A DNA stretch of 64,000 nt from Williopsis jadinii (GCA_024346625.1 AP024664.1:3596001-3660000); one strand, 5' to 3'; counted from the stretch's first letter, positions 1 to 12,744 are shown. Made by a program: numbers and translations. The notes: a model not told the origin generated them from the sequence alone.

Positions 1-1
1 T

Positions 2-1936
2 TCTGGTATTCCAACTTGTGACTTCGATATTACATTCTTGCACAAGAATAATAACACAGACATTCAAATCTTGAACAAGGCGAAGGAATCTCTCGACGGA
101 AGAAATTCCATCTTCCACTCGGCAATTACATTTGAAAATGCCTTTTTGCATGCTGGAACTACAGACGATTCATGGATTAGATCCAACTTGGAATGGTTGG
201 GAAAGGCTACAAACTGGTCAAAGTTCAGTGCAACCGCGGCATTGGGTGTTATTCACAAGGGTAACTTGTCCTTGGGAAGAAAAATCTTACAACCGTACTT
301 GCCAGGAAGTTCCGGTTCCAATTTCACAAAGGGTGGTTCCTTGTATGCTCTTGGGTTGATCTTTGCTGGCCACGGTAGAGAAACTATTGAGTACTTGAGA
401 AAACACATTGTAGAAAATGGTTCATCCGCAGGCACTGAGGATGTAGACCTGCTCTTGCACGGTGCTGCATTGGGTGTTGGTGTTGCTGGTATGGGATCAG
501 GTAATGAAGAGATTTACGAAGAGTTAAAAGTTGTATTGTACTCAGATTCAGCAACTTCCGGAGAAGCTGCTGCTATGGGTATGGGTCTTGTGATGCTGGG
601 ATCTGGAAATGAGGCTGCTCAAGAGGACATGTTGGCTTATGCTGAAGAAACACAACACGAAAACATTATTCGTGGTTTAGCCGTGGGTCTTGCCTTGTTA
701 AACTATGGCCGCGAGGAGAAAGCAGATGATATCATCAACAAGTTGTTGGAACACCAAGATCCAATATTGCGTTTTGGTGGTGCCTACAACATTGCGTTAG
801 CATATGCTGGTACCGGTAACAACAAAGCTATTAAGAAGTTACTTCATGTCGCAGTTTCAGATTCTAACGACAATGTTAGAAGAGCATCCGTTATTGCATT
901 AGGTTTTGTTCTTATCCGTGATTATCAAACTGTTCCAAGAATCGTTGAATTACTCTCGGAATCCCATAATCCTCATGTGCGTTACGGTACTGCAATGGCG
1001 TTGGGTATCTCATGCGCCGGCCGTGGATTACCACAAGCTGTTGAGGTTTTGATGCCATTGACCAAGGATCCAGTTGATTTTGTTCGTCAAGGTGCCCTTA
1101 TTGCTTTGGCCATGATATTAATTCAACAAAATGAGAAGAGCTACCCTAAAGTCAAAGAAGTTCGTGAGCTCTATGCGTCAATGGTTGGTAGTAAAACACA
1201 AGATGCGTTGGCAAAGTTTGGCGCTGCTCTTTCACAAGGAATAATAGATGCTGGCGGTCGTAACGTTACAATTCAGTTAGAGAACAGTGCCACCGGTACC
1301 TTGAACACCAAAGCTATTGTTGGATTGGCCGTTTTCACACAGTTTTGGTATTGGTTCCCATACACACACTTTTTATCGTTGGCCTTCACACCAACTTCTA
1401 TAATTGGTGTTCGAGAAGATTTAAAGATTCCAGAGTTTGAAATTCAATGTCATGCAAAGAATTACTTCTTTGATTACCCTCCAAAGATTAAGGAGGAGAA
1501 GGGCCTTGTATATGAGAAGGTTGAATCCGCTGTTCTCTCCACCACTGCAAAGGCTAAGGCCAGAGCTAAGAAATCCAATAAGGACAAGGATGATGAGATG
1601 GACATTGATGAGAAACCAAAAGCAGATGAAAAACCAAAGGAGGAGGAGAAGACGGAAGAAGAGGAGGAAGATACCACCATCAAGTACTGTAAGACACCGT
1701 ACAAGCTCAACAATGCTACCAGGGTTTTACCAACACAACTGAAATACATTTCTTTCAGCAAGGATGCAAGATTTGTGCCTGTGCGTAAATTCAGAGGCAA
1801 CGGAGGTGTTGTTGTGTTGGTGGATAGAACCCCAGAGGAACCAGTCAAAGTCATCAAAACTGTTCGACAACTAAACAACAAGGATGCTCCATTACCAAAG
1901 CCATTCAAGTTGGAACCGACAGAGGCTGATGAGTAA
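2..1936 (+). CDS. RPN2: 26S proteasome regulatory subunit Rpn2 (5'-truncated by the window edge)
   Basis: Frame is open from base 2. PC repeats and motifs NLEWLGKATNWSKFSATAALGVIH and QFWYWFP; C-terminal RFVPVRK. Confidence 0.97.
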   Translation, partial: SGIPTCDFDITFLHKNNNTDIQILNKAKESLDGRNSIFHSAITFENAFLHAGTTDDSWIRSNLEWLGKATNWSKFSATAALGVIHKGNLSLGRKILQPYLPGSSGSNFTKGGSLYALGLIFAGHGRETIEYLRKHIVENGSSAGTEDVDLLLHGAALGVGVAGMGSGNEEIYEELKVVLYSDSATSGEAAAMGMGLVMLGSGNEAAQEDMLAYAEETQHENIIRGLAVGLALLNYGREEKADDIINKLLEHQDPILRFGGAYNIALAYAGTGNNKAIKKLLHVAVSDSNDNVRRASVIALGFVLIRDYQTVPRIVELLSESHNPHVRYGTAMALGISCAGRGLPQAVEVLMPLTKDPVDFVRQGALIALAMILIQQNEKSYPKVKEVRELYASMVGSKTQDALAKFGAALSQGIIDAGGRNVTIQLENSATGTLNTKAIVGLAVFTQFWYWFPYTHFLSLAFTPTSIIGVREDLKIPEFEIQCHAKNYFFDYPPKIKEEKGLVYEKVESAVLSTTAKAKARAKKSNKDKDDEMDIDEKPKADEKPKEEEKTEEEEEDTTIKYCKTPYKLNNATRVLPTQLKYISFSKDARFVPVRKFRGNGGVVVLVDRTPEEPVKVIKTVRQLNNKDAPLPKPFKLEPTEADE

Positions 1937-2227
1937 AACCGTTGAATCAATCAAATAACCGACAAAATCAAAGTAAAACCAATGCTACTAGTTAGACTGA
2001 ACTTCTACAAATTGTAAATTCTATAAAAGTATTCCGTTGATATTAGAAGCGTATGTGTTGAAACGCTTACAAGTATAGAGTGTAGGAAAAGAAAGTAAAA
2101 AAAGAGGAACCAGTCATCACTTCATTAGGTGGCCCAATAAACCCTTGGGAGTTGTCATGTTAAAGACAACATTATTTTTCTGTTTTCTAAGATGGTTGTG
2201 CTGTGAGAGAGTGTCGTCTCCAATGAC

Positions 2228-3643
2228 TTAGTACAAGATTCTGATGGCGATCTTGAATGGAGTGTTACTCAACTCATCGTGCAAGGACTTGATGTCACCA
2301 GCAGAGACACCAGAGACGTCTGCAATCATGTAAGCGATATCACCTTGGGAATCAGAGTATTGTTTCTCAATGTTGTAATCTGCGAGAATGTTGTTGACAG
2401 TCTTCAACACACCTGGAACGTTTTGATGGATGTAAAGAACACGAGCAACGTTTTCCTCGTCCAAATCAAGGGCTCTAAGGGAAACCTCTGGGAAGTTAAC
2501 AGCACCTACAGAAGCACCTTCGTTGATGTACTTGGTCAAAGCGGTACCAACCTCGATACCGATGGCGGACTGTGCCTCCTCTGTGGAACCACCAATGTGT
2601 GGAGTGAGGATCAAGTTACGCAGAGAAACCAACTCGGAGGTCCAGTCGTTCAATTCGTCGGCAAAGAGGCCGGCACCGTTCTTAGCTGGCTCGTGTGGGT
2701 AAACATCCAAAGCAGCACCTGCGATCTTACCGGACTTCATGGCGGAGATCAAAGCTGGGATGTCAATGACGGTACCTCTTGAGGCGTTGATAACGTAGGA
2801 GCCATCCTTCATAGCGGCAAACTGTGGAGCAGACAACAAGTTCTTGGTCTCTGGGGTGGCTGGCACGTGACAAGTCACGAAATCAGCCTTTGACAGGAGT
2901 TCGTTCAAAGTGGACACTTGCTTAGAGTTACCCAAGGACATGATCATAACGATATCGTAGTAGATAACGTTCATACCCAAGGCCTCGGCGAGGACGGACA
3001 ACTGGGAACCAATGTGACCGTAACCGATAATACCCAAGGTCTTACCTCTCACTTCCCAACACTTGGCGCTGACCTTGTTCCAAGTACCGGTGTGAAGCTC
3101 GATGGATCTGTCTCCCAATTGTCTAGCCAAGGAGATGATCTCTGCAATCACCAACTCAGCGACAGATCTGGAGTTTGAGAAAGGAGAGTTGAAGACGGCA
3201 ATACCTCTGGAAGCAGCGTACTCCAAATCAACTTGGTTGGTACCGATACAGAAACAACCGATGACAACCAAGTTCTTTGCAGCTGCCAGGACCTTTTCAG
3301 TCAGCTTGGTCTTTGATCTGATACCAACTGCGTGGACAGATTGGATCTTCTCAATGAGCTCCTCCTCTGGCAGGGAAGTCTTGTAAAAGTCAACCTGGTA
3401 GCCTTGTTCCGTGAAGATGTCAATGGCAGTCTGGTTGACGTTTTCGAGAAGAAGAATCTTCATGTCACCAGCTGAGAAAGGCTTCAAAGGCTTGGTGTGC
3501 TTGGACACCGAAAGTGCCCTTGAGCGGAACTGGTTCTGCAGAAAGGATTGTGAAGGGGAGGTGGAAACAGCACCTGGGGAACCAGACACCGTGGCCCTGT
3601 TGAAGGCATCCTGGAGATCGTTGATTTGCTGTGGAGAAGCCAT
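2228..3643 (-). CDS. SER3: D-3-phosphoglycerate dehydrogenase (Ser3/Ser33)
   Basis: GCFCIGTNQVDL, GIIGYGHIG NAD-binding motif, TPHIGGSTEEAQ and a C-terminal ACT domain. First ATG (MASPQQ) at 3643. Adjacent to RPN2, as SER33 is in S. cerevisiae. Confidence 0.96.
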   Translation of the reverse strand: MASPQQINDLQDAFNRATVSGSPGAVSTSPSQSFLQNQFRSRALSVSKHTKPLKPFSAGDMKILLLENVNQTAIDIFTEQGYQVDFYKTSLPEEELIEKIQSVHAVGIRSKTKLTEKVLAAAKNLVVIGCFCIGTNQVDLEYAASRGIAVFNSPFSNSRSVAELVIAEIISLARQLGDRSIELHTGTWNKVSAKCWEVRGKTLGIIGYGHIGSQLSVLAEALGMNVIYYDIVMIMSLGNSKQVSTLNELLSKADFVTCHVPATPETKNLLSAPQFAAMKDGSYVINASRGTVIDIPALISAMKSGKIAGAALDVYPHEPAKNGAGLFADELNDWTSELVSLRNLILTPHIGGSTEEAQSAIGIEVGTALTKYINEGASVGAVNFPEVSLRALDLDEENVARVLYIHQNVPGVLKTVNNILADYNIEKQYSDSQGDIAYMIADVSGVSAGDIKSLHDELSNTPFKIAIRILY

Positions 3644-3924
3644 TGGCAATGCTGTGTAGATGTGATTAATTCCAATTGCTTTTACAGTTGACAGAACAGA
3701 TTGCAAAGTTTTCCAAGTGGTTATGACGCACCGTTTAAATACTTTCCGCCTGGATTTTTTTTTGTGGCCCTGCTATATAAATTGGCTTAATTTAAACACA
3801 TTGGCATCGACTCATCGCAGCCTGCGGATCATTTTTTCGTCTTTATTCCTCCAATTACACCGGTTCCTGGACATTTCTCGCCCATAAGTTCTGCCCTTCA
3901 CGAAACCCACACGGGCAGAGCGAG

Positions 3925-4072
3925 AAAATTTTTCAGTGTTCGATGATCAAATCACGTGCGATTGTGCGAATTACTCGTTAGACCACGTTGTAGTGTTTTC
4001 AGTGGGCAGTGTATGAGTTTTTTTCAGGCCAATTTCGGGGTTTGGATGTGGTTGTTGTTGCAGCGACTGTGG
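3925..4072. promoter_or_regulatory. Putative SER3 upstream elements: RRPE-like AAAATTTTTCA (~3925-3935), Cbf1 site TCACGTG (3952-3958), Met31/32-like ACTGTGG (4066-4072)
   Basis: Motif matches by eye upstream of the minus-strand SER3 gene; function not demonstrated. Confidence 0.4.
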
Positions 4073-5167
4073 AGAGTGAGTTGGGATGAGATCCATGGGG
4101 GCGTAGGCTGGGAAACATAGCTGGTAAGAGGATACCTGTACATGTTTTTTTTGAGAGAGGGAGGTTCCATTGTGTGGGGCATTCCTTTTTATGTCAGTGC
4201 TTGAAGGATAAGAAGTGATATCATCGATATGGTTGTCACAATTCCCGAGTCAGAGGAGGGCATGTGGCCCGTGTGTGGTTTTTTGTTGGCCGCACGCCCG
4301 GGGCGGCTGGAGGTGGCTCGTGCGGTGGCGGGTGGGAGTTTTTGAGAGTGTTGGGTGCCGGGGTGTTTGGGTGTTTTGCGGGACCGAGTCACAGGCTTTT
4401 GTTCTCTTTCGACTCTGGCGCGTTGCACAACCGAGAGGATTGCAAGTGTCTTATGTGCGGGACAAGGACGCGTTGTATCGTGGGGCAAGAGAGAGGCGCT
4501 TCAAGCCGTTGGGGATAGTGGATTGGTTACACGTCAGCGGGTGATCCACCGGATCGACAATATACAAGCGGCGGGAAACTGCTGGACACGCTGAACCACG
4601 CGCGTATCTCACGGTGTATGTAACCTGTGGAACTATAGCGTGGAGCAGTTGACTCAGAGAGAGGTGCCCTTGGCCCTACGCCATGGACCGTCAAGCCTCT
4701 CCAGAGATGAACAATGCCACGCACCAGCAGGCGCACTTTCAAGTCTGTGACAGGGTGCATATATCTGAGACTGGAGCTGGTGCTGAACGACCTTCCTTCT
4801 ACTGACCCAAAGCTTGTAATAAGCGGTGAGAATGGCGCGTCTAATGGAAACACACTGGATCAACTTGCACGTCCCCCCGCGTCCACGGTGAGTTGAAAAC
4901 GGCTCCATCCGATTAGCCGCACCTGCCTTCTATGGCCAATGGAAGGAGTGGTTTAAACATCCTTGAACCACCCTGCCAATCACCTATTCCATTTGATAAA
5001 GCATCAAATAGAGACACAACCATCTAGACGCAGTGCTGCGTGTCAAAGGGCCAAAAATTTCACGAATTTAAATCTCTCAATTTGGAAACTTGTATACTTT
5101 CTCCAACTTCAGCAGGAGGACAAGCAAAAAAACACCGTGTATACATCGAGGTTAGTGGGCTGTATCC

Positions 5168-5839
5168 ATGTCAAGAAGACTAGTACGAAAACTACGGAGT
5201 ATAAATAACTCTCAGACAGAAATAAAGATAAAGAGTGCAACTTCGAATGACTCCTTCGGCCCAACGACCCAGGAGTTGAACGAGCTGGCATTGCTCACGC
5301 ATAACGATAAACCGCTGAGAGACATTACCGTGATTCTGGCCAAGAGGCTCAACGATAATTCACGTAACTGGAGACACGTATTAAAGTCACTCACTGTGAT
5401 TCAGTACTGCCTGGTGACGGGGTCAACTGGGTTTGTCAACTGGATGAAGAGTAACCAGTACTTGATCTCTACTCTGAAGGAGTTCCAACTCAAGGACCAC
5501 GATGAAATTGCGCAACAGATAAGGCAAAAGTCCAGGACTATTACAAAACTCCTGAAGGATCCCGGTCTGCTGGAGGAGAAGAGAACCAAGTTCCACTCCT
5601 TCAGGTCGAGCATGTCTCGACCTTCTGTAGATGTGAGAAACTCGCTGGATTTGAACGGAGCTGGGAATTTCCACGACACAGACGGGGCCATAAGCCTAGA
5701 AGGTATGAACGGTAACGATACAATTGTCCACGAGATCACGAAACGCGCTCACAGTCTCGACATGTCTAGAGATGGTTCATCTAAGAGCTATAGAGACAAC
5801 GACGTGTTAAAATCACTCGAAAACATCGTTGAAGAGTGA
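5168..5839 (+). CDS. ENT4: ENTH-domain protein, Ent4-like
   Basis: ENTH motifs ATSNDSFGP and NWRHVLKSL; short protein; lies next to polyubiquitin, as ENT4 and UBI4 do in S. cerevisiae. Confidence 0.8.
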   Translation: MSRRLVRKLRSINNSQTEIKIKSATSNDSFGPTTQELNELALLTHNDKPLRDITVILAKRLNDNSRNWRHVLKSLTVIQYCLVTGSTGFVNWMKSNQYLISTLKEFQLKDHDEIAQQIRQKSRTITKLLKDPGLLEEKRTKFHSFRSSMSRPSVDVRNSLDLNGAGNFHDTDGAISLEGMNGNDTIVHEITKRAHSLDMSRDGSSKSYRDNDVLKSLENIVEE

Positions 5840-6048
5840 CTCAGAAGTTGTGCCATCATTGCTGAGGAGAAGCGCGAACTATATAACCTACCATAATGGA
5901 GTTGTAATGAACATAGACACAGTTGTAAACAAACAAACAACCCAAGCATTGTTAGCTGTTTAGTCCAAGTTGACTTACAACCAACGTTTCTTTTTATTTT
6001 ACCCCTATCTGGAATACTTCCTCTTTCGGCGATTTTCATTGTTTCTGT

Positions 6049-6097
6049 TTTTGCCACAAACAGCGGTGAGGCGGCAAATTATAAAAAGGGGCAAAAA
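6049..6097. promoter_or_regulatory. Rpn4/PACE-like elements (TTTGCCAC, GGCGGCAAA) and a TATA-like TTATAAAA upstream of the ubiquitin gene
   Basis: Near-matches to GGTGGCAAA about 100-150 nt upstream of the ATG at 6199. Confidence 0.45.
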
Positions 6098-6198
6098 CAG
6101 CATATTTTTTATGCTTTTGCCTCTCTCTTTTAAACCCCCTTTTTCTCCTTTTCTAGTTTGTTTATCAACGCTACAGCGGAAAAACATCATTGAACACA

Positions 6199-6968
<770 letters not shown>

Positions 6969-7064
6969 ATACGTGTGCAGTTATATGTAAGCCAATCAGC
7001 TTAGATACATGGTTATCATCTCAAGGAACATATTTTTTTTAGAAGATCGTTATAAAAACAATGG

Positions 7065-10000
7065 TCATTCTAAGTGATTTTGTAGGACCTTTGTAATCTC
7101 AACTAGAACAATAGAGTTAGCTTCTCTTCCTTTAAAAGTCTGAAGTGACTTAACCACTGTATGAGCCAGGTTCTCATCGCCAATCTCAACCAGTTCACCA
7201 GCTGTACGGACAGTTTGAACTTTGACATTCTCAACAGTTTCTGTTTTAGTATTGTGATGATAAATCAAGTTCCAGCTCTCTATTAAATGATTGCGAATAT
7301 CATCGCTCAATGAGTGACCCTTAAGCACAATGGATATTTTAGAAATGCCTTCCACAACAGCAAGTTGGGATCTCCAAGTAGGAATATACACTTTAGGATC
7401 AAAAGTTGCAGTTAAAGAGTTCAAAGCGAAGATCAAATATTCATCGTTATAGCTACCGTCTGGATATAACTGGAAAATCTTAACCATTGATGTGAGTGCT
7501 CTCATACGATCTGCTTCACGTGTCAAGTTCTTCCGACTGGAGATCTCGCTCGTCGCAATAACTTTTTCGTTTGTTGTACCATCCTCGTCTTCGTCCTCAG
7601 AATCGTAGTAATCTTCAGAGAATATGCCTTCAAAGATGTTAAGTGCATTCTCAAATAAAATCACAGATGGGAATTCTTGTGCAAAATCTGCAAATGAAAC
7701 AAGTGCATGCTTTTGATAAGCCTTATTACGACGTTTCGATTCAACAATCACTGTCTTTTGTACGTCTTGGAAAACATCTGGATGTTCGCTAATATAGGAT
7801 TTAGACTTCAAGGTGAGGGAAACTAATGCTGAGAGAACGTCCTCTTTTCCTGTCCACGAACGTCCTTGACATGATTTGAGAAGAATCGTGAATAGTTCAT
7901 CAACATGAACAGATGCCACAGCAGTGCTATTAAGAGAGTCGCACGCAATGGCTATGCTTTTAGCAGACACTTGTCTCATTGCAAATTGCTGGCCATTGAT
8001 GTGTTCCTTCACCAAGTCACAAATTTCACTAAAGTATAGCCTAATAGCGCCTTTACCCGAAGTATTCTCTGTCCATACACGTTCAAACAACTTGGAAATG
8101 TCTTTCGAAGAGTATTGTTTTCCAAAGAATGCCAGTGGTAGGAAGGCCGATGCAACAGATACAAACATATCACCAGAATACTTCGAAACAGCCTCCGTAG
8201 CGATTCCTGCAACGATTTTAGGCTTCTCTTCTTCGGATTCAAAAAACATGCTCTGAATCTTCTTAGAGTATTTGACAACGACATCAACCGAGCATACCCT
8301 ACAACAATACCCGGCTGCTGTTGCGTATGAAGAAGAAACAGTGGTGTTTCTATCTTTCAACTGTGAACCACAAGTATTGAGTAAGGTTTCACCATATGGC
8401 TTGATCAAGTATAATTGTCTCATGATAAGCATGACAATGACTCTCGATGCTGCTGCCTTAGATGGGAGTCCAACTGATTTCTTCACACTTTCTTGAACCT
8501 TTGAAACGACTATATCAATGTTATTCTCATCCACTTGGTCCACGAGACGTTCAATGGCATTCATGATAGGGGAAGACCCCAGACCTTGTAGACGTTTCGC
8601 ATCAATTTCATCACTTTTCAGATTGTATTTATCAGCATTAAGTGTCAAGTAGTTGATAATCTGGGGCTCTAGTGTCGACATCAGTAAAATGAATTCCTGA
8701 ATAAGTTGTCCGATATATGGCTTGATACTTTTACCAGACTTCTTCACAAGGGTTAATATGGTGCCTAGTGCAAATTCACGAACATCCTCGGCATCACTCA
8801 ATATACCCTTATGACCTAGCAAGAATGGAAGCAGCTTCTCCAACATAATATTGGCTTGTGTTTGAGATGATCCACTTTCAACAGAGATACCATTAACCAG
8901 GATTTTTGAAAGAGCTCTAGTCAAGCCAGAAGCAGCCTTTCTGACAGTTTCTTTGATATCATCGAGACCCCTAAAAGCCATCGTCCAGACATCTTCCATG
9001 CGTTCTTGATACCTTTCAGCCGGGAGAGTTTGGATAAGATCTGTCAATGCAACAGTACTTGCCTCTCTCACCCTCCATTCCTTATTCCCCATGCTGTTCA
9101 ACAGTTCATTCAAGATAACATCCTGATACCTTTCAACAGTCTTGCTAGTATTCGGTACAAGGGTAGCCCAAATATCATTCATAGCCTTGGAAACGGACAT
9201 ACTTGGATCAAAACGATACCTGTAGAGCTTTGGAATCAATCTGTTTGATAAAGAAGGGTTCTCGAAAATCATCTGGTCAATACTGGCTTTTGACATGATT
9301 GATCCCAACCCAAATGCGATACCTTTTCTGGATGACCATAGTGCAGAACTCTTTGCCATAGACATGAACTTATATACCAAACTTGGATCACCTACTTCAG
9401 AAGCCAAATTCAAAATGTCCTTATACGTTGAAACAGAACCGTCATTTGTTTTAAGGATACCAGGTTCGAAAAGCTCCGTGTCAGTAGATACCGACCCAGC
9501 AGAAAGCTTACTTGCTGATGTTGAATCCGTGAAAGATTTTAGTAGATTTTTCACCAGTGTTTCTTTAAGGTCAGAGTCACCTAGTTCATAAATCATACTT
9601 AAACCTCTCGAGGCGGAGTCTTGGATGAACTCATCTTTATCAGCCAGATATCTCATAAATGAGATATGGATAACACCAGACATTTCTTTGATCTGAGGTA
9701 GATGGCCACAGTATTGAACAAGGGATAATAACCAGATACAGCCTGCCCTTCTCAGGCTTGGCTTAGTACTCGTACATGTCTCGAGAACTTTGTCCAAAAT
9801 CACGTTGAGTCTGAAACTTCTCTTTGATGTCAATGGAGCAAGTGAGGAGTCTTGAATGTCCAGCTTCTGTTGCAGAAATCTTGAGTTCCAACCAGCAGCC
9901 ATAATAGATAGTGCTTCACCTGATGTAAATAAAGATTCCACTTGCTTGGTAGAGCTTGTCTCATATATGGTAGTTTCAAGATCCGTAAGTTCAGTATATT

Positions 10001-12563
10001 CAGATTCTTCCAAACTGAGAGATACACAGGCAGTCGCAATGATTGATCTTTCATCCAATTTATTGACCTTTTTCTTCAATTCCTCAACAATGGTGTTTCT
10101 CACCTCATCCATATTATCTAACTGAACGTTAGGACCGAGAGCTCCATACATAGCGAGTTGGGTCAGCCCAATAATACCTGAGTCTCCAAAACTGTTTTCA
10201 AAAGCCTCCAAAACGCATTCCCAAACTTGCTTCAATTGACTGGTCGAGATGGTATGACGACGACGGTACACGACGCGAGATGTCAGGAACGACAAAGCCA
10301 GTAGATAATCCCTCTTTTGCTTCAATTCAGATTTCAATCCTTCCAACAATGTTTCAAACAAAGCGGTAACATCTTGATTTGTAACTTGAGGATGACTGCC
10401 AATAATTCCGATAGCATTGGCACAGGACATAATTAAATTATAATTCACAACTTTGGAATTCTGGATTACCGAAACAAGATTCGGTACGACAGGAAGAATG
10501 GTTTGGATAACTTCATTAGGAGACAAAGAGATAATCTCGAGGAAAATCTTTGCAAAAACCTCCTCTCCCTTATCTGCTAACAAAAGGCCACTATCAACGC
10601 GTGTTATGTTGTCAGCAAGAATCTGTAAAAAGGAAGTTAAGGGGTTTGAACTCTTGATATTGTATTTCACTAGATTCATAACGACAAAGTCAGAGTTCAG
10701 GGCATTTTCTAATCTTGTTATCCATTCTTGGTCTTTGACCACCACAGTTGGCTTTCCTGCAATAGCCTCTTCAACAAGCATATATAGTGCAAACTTAGCA
10801 CCATGTACCATAGAACCCTTGAGTGTGGAATCTGGATCATTCTTGGCTTGTGTTATTGCTTCAGTAAAGTTGATAACGAATGAGTCGAAAGATGGCATTG
10901 TCAAAACGTTGCCAACTCCGAGAAGCTCATCAGTAGATTTGAACTCTGTAGTTGCGGAAGAATGGGTGATATTGAACCAGTATGGATGGAGACCTTTCTG
11001 TGCTTCTTCTATAACTGATGAACCGTTGATAGAAGATGATCCCAAAACGTTTAGCATTCTAGCTTCAGCATCTTCGAATGGGAAAGCAGAATTGATGAAT
11101 TTTAAAGCTGTGTATCTCACCGATTCTGTAGAATCTGGATGGTCAATAAAACAAACTCCTGACTCAAGATACAGCTTCATCAAATATTTTAACCTGGCTT
11201 TCGATCCAACCGGTAAGCCCTTCAGATGAACTACCAACCCACCAAGAGCATCTTGTATAGTGGATCTAACATCGGCGATGTCTCCAATAAGGGAATCAAA
11301 GAGGAATGTTATATACGTCATGTCCTCAATGAGCGAGGGGTCTTTTTTCAATAAATCACCCAGTGCTTCGTATTGAATTCTTCTCTGTTTCAACTCTGCA
11401 GAGAAAGACGCTCCTTGTTGAACTTCAAATCTTGGCCACCCCTCTGCCTGTAAGTTGTTCTTCAGTTGAGCTGCAACGTTAACTAGATATTCAGAGCTTC
11501 CATTTACTCCTTGGTCGCCATTCTTTGCAGCCCATTGAATAAAAGAAATAGTTGCCGATTTCAGTCTAGGGTATCTTGTAGCGTTGAGACCAATACTTGA
11601 GATGATAGGAACTGCTCTATGTTTGGTAGCAATGACAGACCCATTCAGCACAGTGAGAAACCGTTCCTGGAGTTTGGGCTTAACAGGAGGTCTAGGGATC
11701 GACTTATCGCCAACATATAGAGATATCATATGCTCTATGGACACTTCATCTTCAAATGGAATGGTAATTTTCCGTAGCAGAGCAGCCGAAGAGTTGGCGA
11801 CATGATCATTAGAATCTTCTGCACCGATGAGAAGAAGCAAGAAAATGTCTCTATCCTGCAATAGGGAGATGAATGATGTGACATCTTTCTTCACAGATGA
11901 TAGCTCTGCTGGTTTGGGGAAATAACCACAGTCATAAGTGAGGAAAGACACTTCATCTGCACTGAGGCCAGGACATGTGGTTCCCTTTGGAATGATGCCC
12001 TTATCGTTATAGCTTGGAACGAGCAGGAAAAGCTGCTCCAGTTTGGAGGTAATGAACCTGACTGTTGATGCAGGCAAGTTCAAGGACGACTGTAGTGCTT
12101 TGAACTCATCGGTACCACGATCAGGGGTTTTCCAGCCAGCAAGGGATCTAATGAACAAATTGAACAGCCTGGAACACACTGGCCCTTCAAATGCTTCGAT
12201 ACCCTCCAACAGGGGCTTTATCAACGACTGCTTATCATCCAATCGATCAAGACCCTTGGCTGCCAAAAGAAGCGAATACAGCTGAGTAGAAGCAACAGAT
12301 GAGCCAGCGGGCAGGCTTGGCTTCTTAGACTGTTCTATAAGTTTCAACACCGGTAGCTGGACAGCAGGAGCACCATTGAGCCTGGAAATCAAGTCCTTTA
12401 TGAAATTCAACACGGCCGATCTCGAAGATGAGTGTGTAGAGCCTAGTTTCAACAGCAACGGGCAAAGATACAAGTCTAACGCCCCTTGGAACTTGGAATC
12501 CGAATCTGCCAATGCAATACGAAGCTCCACTTTGTTTATAAGAGACAACTCCTGTTCAGCCAT
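7065..12563 (-). CDS. ECM29: Proteasome adaptor/scaffold Ecm29 (HEAT repeats)
   Basis: N-terminus MAEQELSLINKVELRIALAD; motifs STYKDILNLASEVGDPSLVYKFM, LIPKLYRYRFDP, WRVREAS; about 1830 aa. Confidence 0.95.
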   Translation of the reverse strand: MAEQELSLINKVELRIALADSDSKFQGALDLYLCPLLLKLGSTHSSSRSAVLNFIKDLISRLNGAPAVQLPVLKLIEQSKKPSLPAGSSVASTQLYSLLLAAKGLDRLDDKQSLIKPLLEGIEAFEGPVCSRLFNLFIRSLAGWKTPDRGTDEFKALQSSLNLPASTVRFITSKLEQLFLLVPSYNDKGIIPKGTTCPGLSADEVSFLTYDCGYFPKPAELSSVKKDVTSFISLLQDRDIFLLLLIGAEDSNDHVANSSAALLRKITIPFEDEVSIEHMISLYVGDKSIPRPPVKPKLQERFLTVLNGSVIATKHRAVPIISSIGLNATRYPRLKSATISFIQWAAKNGDQGVNGSSEYLVNVAAQLKNNLQAEGWPRFEVQQGASFSAELKQRRIQYEALGDLLKKDPSLIEDMTYITFLFDSLIGDIADVRSTIQDALGGLVVHLKGLPVGSKARLKYLMKLYLESGVCFIDHPDSTESVRYTALKFINSAFPFEDAEARMLNVLGSSSINGSSVIEEAQKGLHPYWFNITHSSATTEFKSTDELLGVGNVLTMPSFDSFVINFTEAITQAKNDPDSTLKGSMVHGAKFALYMLVEEAIAGKPTVVVKDQEWITRLENALNSDFVVMNLVKYNIKSSNPLTSFLQILADNITRVDSGLLLADKGEEVFAKIFLEIISLSPNEVIQTILPVVPNLVSVIQNSKVVNYNLIMSCANAIGIIGSHPQVTNQDVTALFETLLEGLKSELKQKRDYLLALSFLTSRVVYRRRHTISTSQLKQVWECVLEAFENSFGDSGIIGLTQLAMYGALGPNVQLDNMDEVRNTIVEELKKKVNKLDERSIIATACVSLSLEESEYTELTDLETTIYETSSTKQVESLFTSGEALSIMAAGWNSRFLQQKLDIQDSSLAPLTSKRSFRLNVILDKVLETCTSTKPSLRRAGCIWLLSLVQYCGHLPQIKEMSGVIHISFMRYLADKDEFIQDSASRGLSMIYELGDSDLKETLVKNLLKSFTDSTSASKLSAGSVSTDTELFEPGILKTNDGSVSTYKDILNLASEVGDPSLVYKFMSMAKSSALWSSRKGIAFGLGSIMSKASIDQMIFENPSLSNRLIPKLYRYRFDPSMSVSKAMNDIWATLVPNTSKTVERYQDVILNELLNSMGNKEWRVREASTVALTDLIQTLPAERYQERMEDVWTMAFRGLDDIKETVRKAASGLTRALSKILVNGISVESGSSQTQANIMLEKLLPFLLGHKGILSDAEDVREFALGTILTLVKKSGKSIKPYIGQLIQEFILLMSTLEPQIINYLTLNADKYNLKSDEIDAKRLQGLGSSPIMNAIERLVDQVDENNIDIVVSKVQESVKKSVGLPSKAAASRVIVMLIMRQLYLIKPYGETLLNTCGSQLKDRNTTVSSSYATAAGYCCRVCSVDVVVKYSKKIQSMFFESEEEKPKIVAGIATEAVSKYSGDMFVSVASAFLPLAFFGKQYSSKDISKLFERVWTENTSGKGAIRLYFSEICDLVKEHINGQQFAMRQVSAKSIAIACDSLNSTAVASVHVDELFTILLKSCQGRSWTGKEDVLSALVSLTLKSKSYISEHPDVFQDVQKTVIVESKRRNKAYQKHALVSFADFAQEFPSVILFENALNIFEGIFSEDYYDSEDEDEDGTTNEKVIATSEISSRKNLTREADRMRALTSMVKIFQLYPDGSYNDEYLIFALNSLTATFDPKVYIPTWRSQLAVVEGISKISIVLKGHSLSDDIRNHLIESWNLIYHHNTKTETVENVKVQTVRTAGELVEIGDENLAHTVVKSLQTFKGREANSIVLVEITKVLQNHLE

Positions 12564-12744
12564 CTTGGATTTGATGGGCTTCTCTGGAGATGATTGAGAG
12601 TATTTTGTCAAAGGTGAAGTTTCTCGGTGGCGGCGGCGGTAGGTTTGTTTACGTTTTTCAACACATTTACTGCCACAATCAAGCATTTGGTGATAAAGAC
12701 CGCCTTACAAAGCTCCTTATATATATACACGAGGACATAACTCA

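Noticed and set aside
4100..5100. SRG1-like regulatory ncRNA upstream of SER3
   Set aside because: The intergenic region is long and has Gcn4-like TGACTC sites, but nothing in the sequence alone supports such a transcript.
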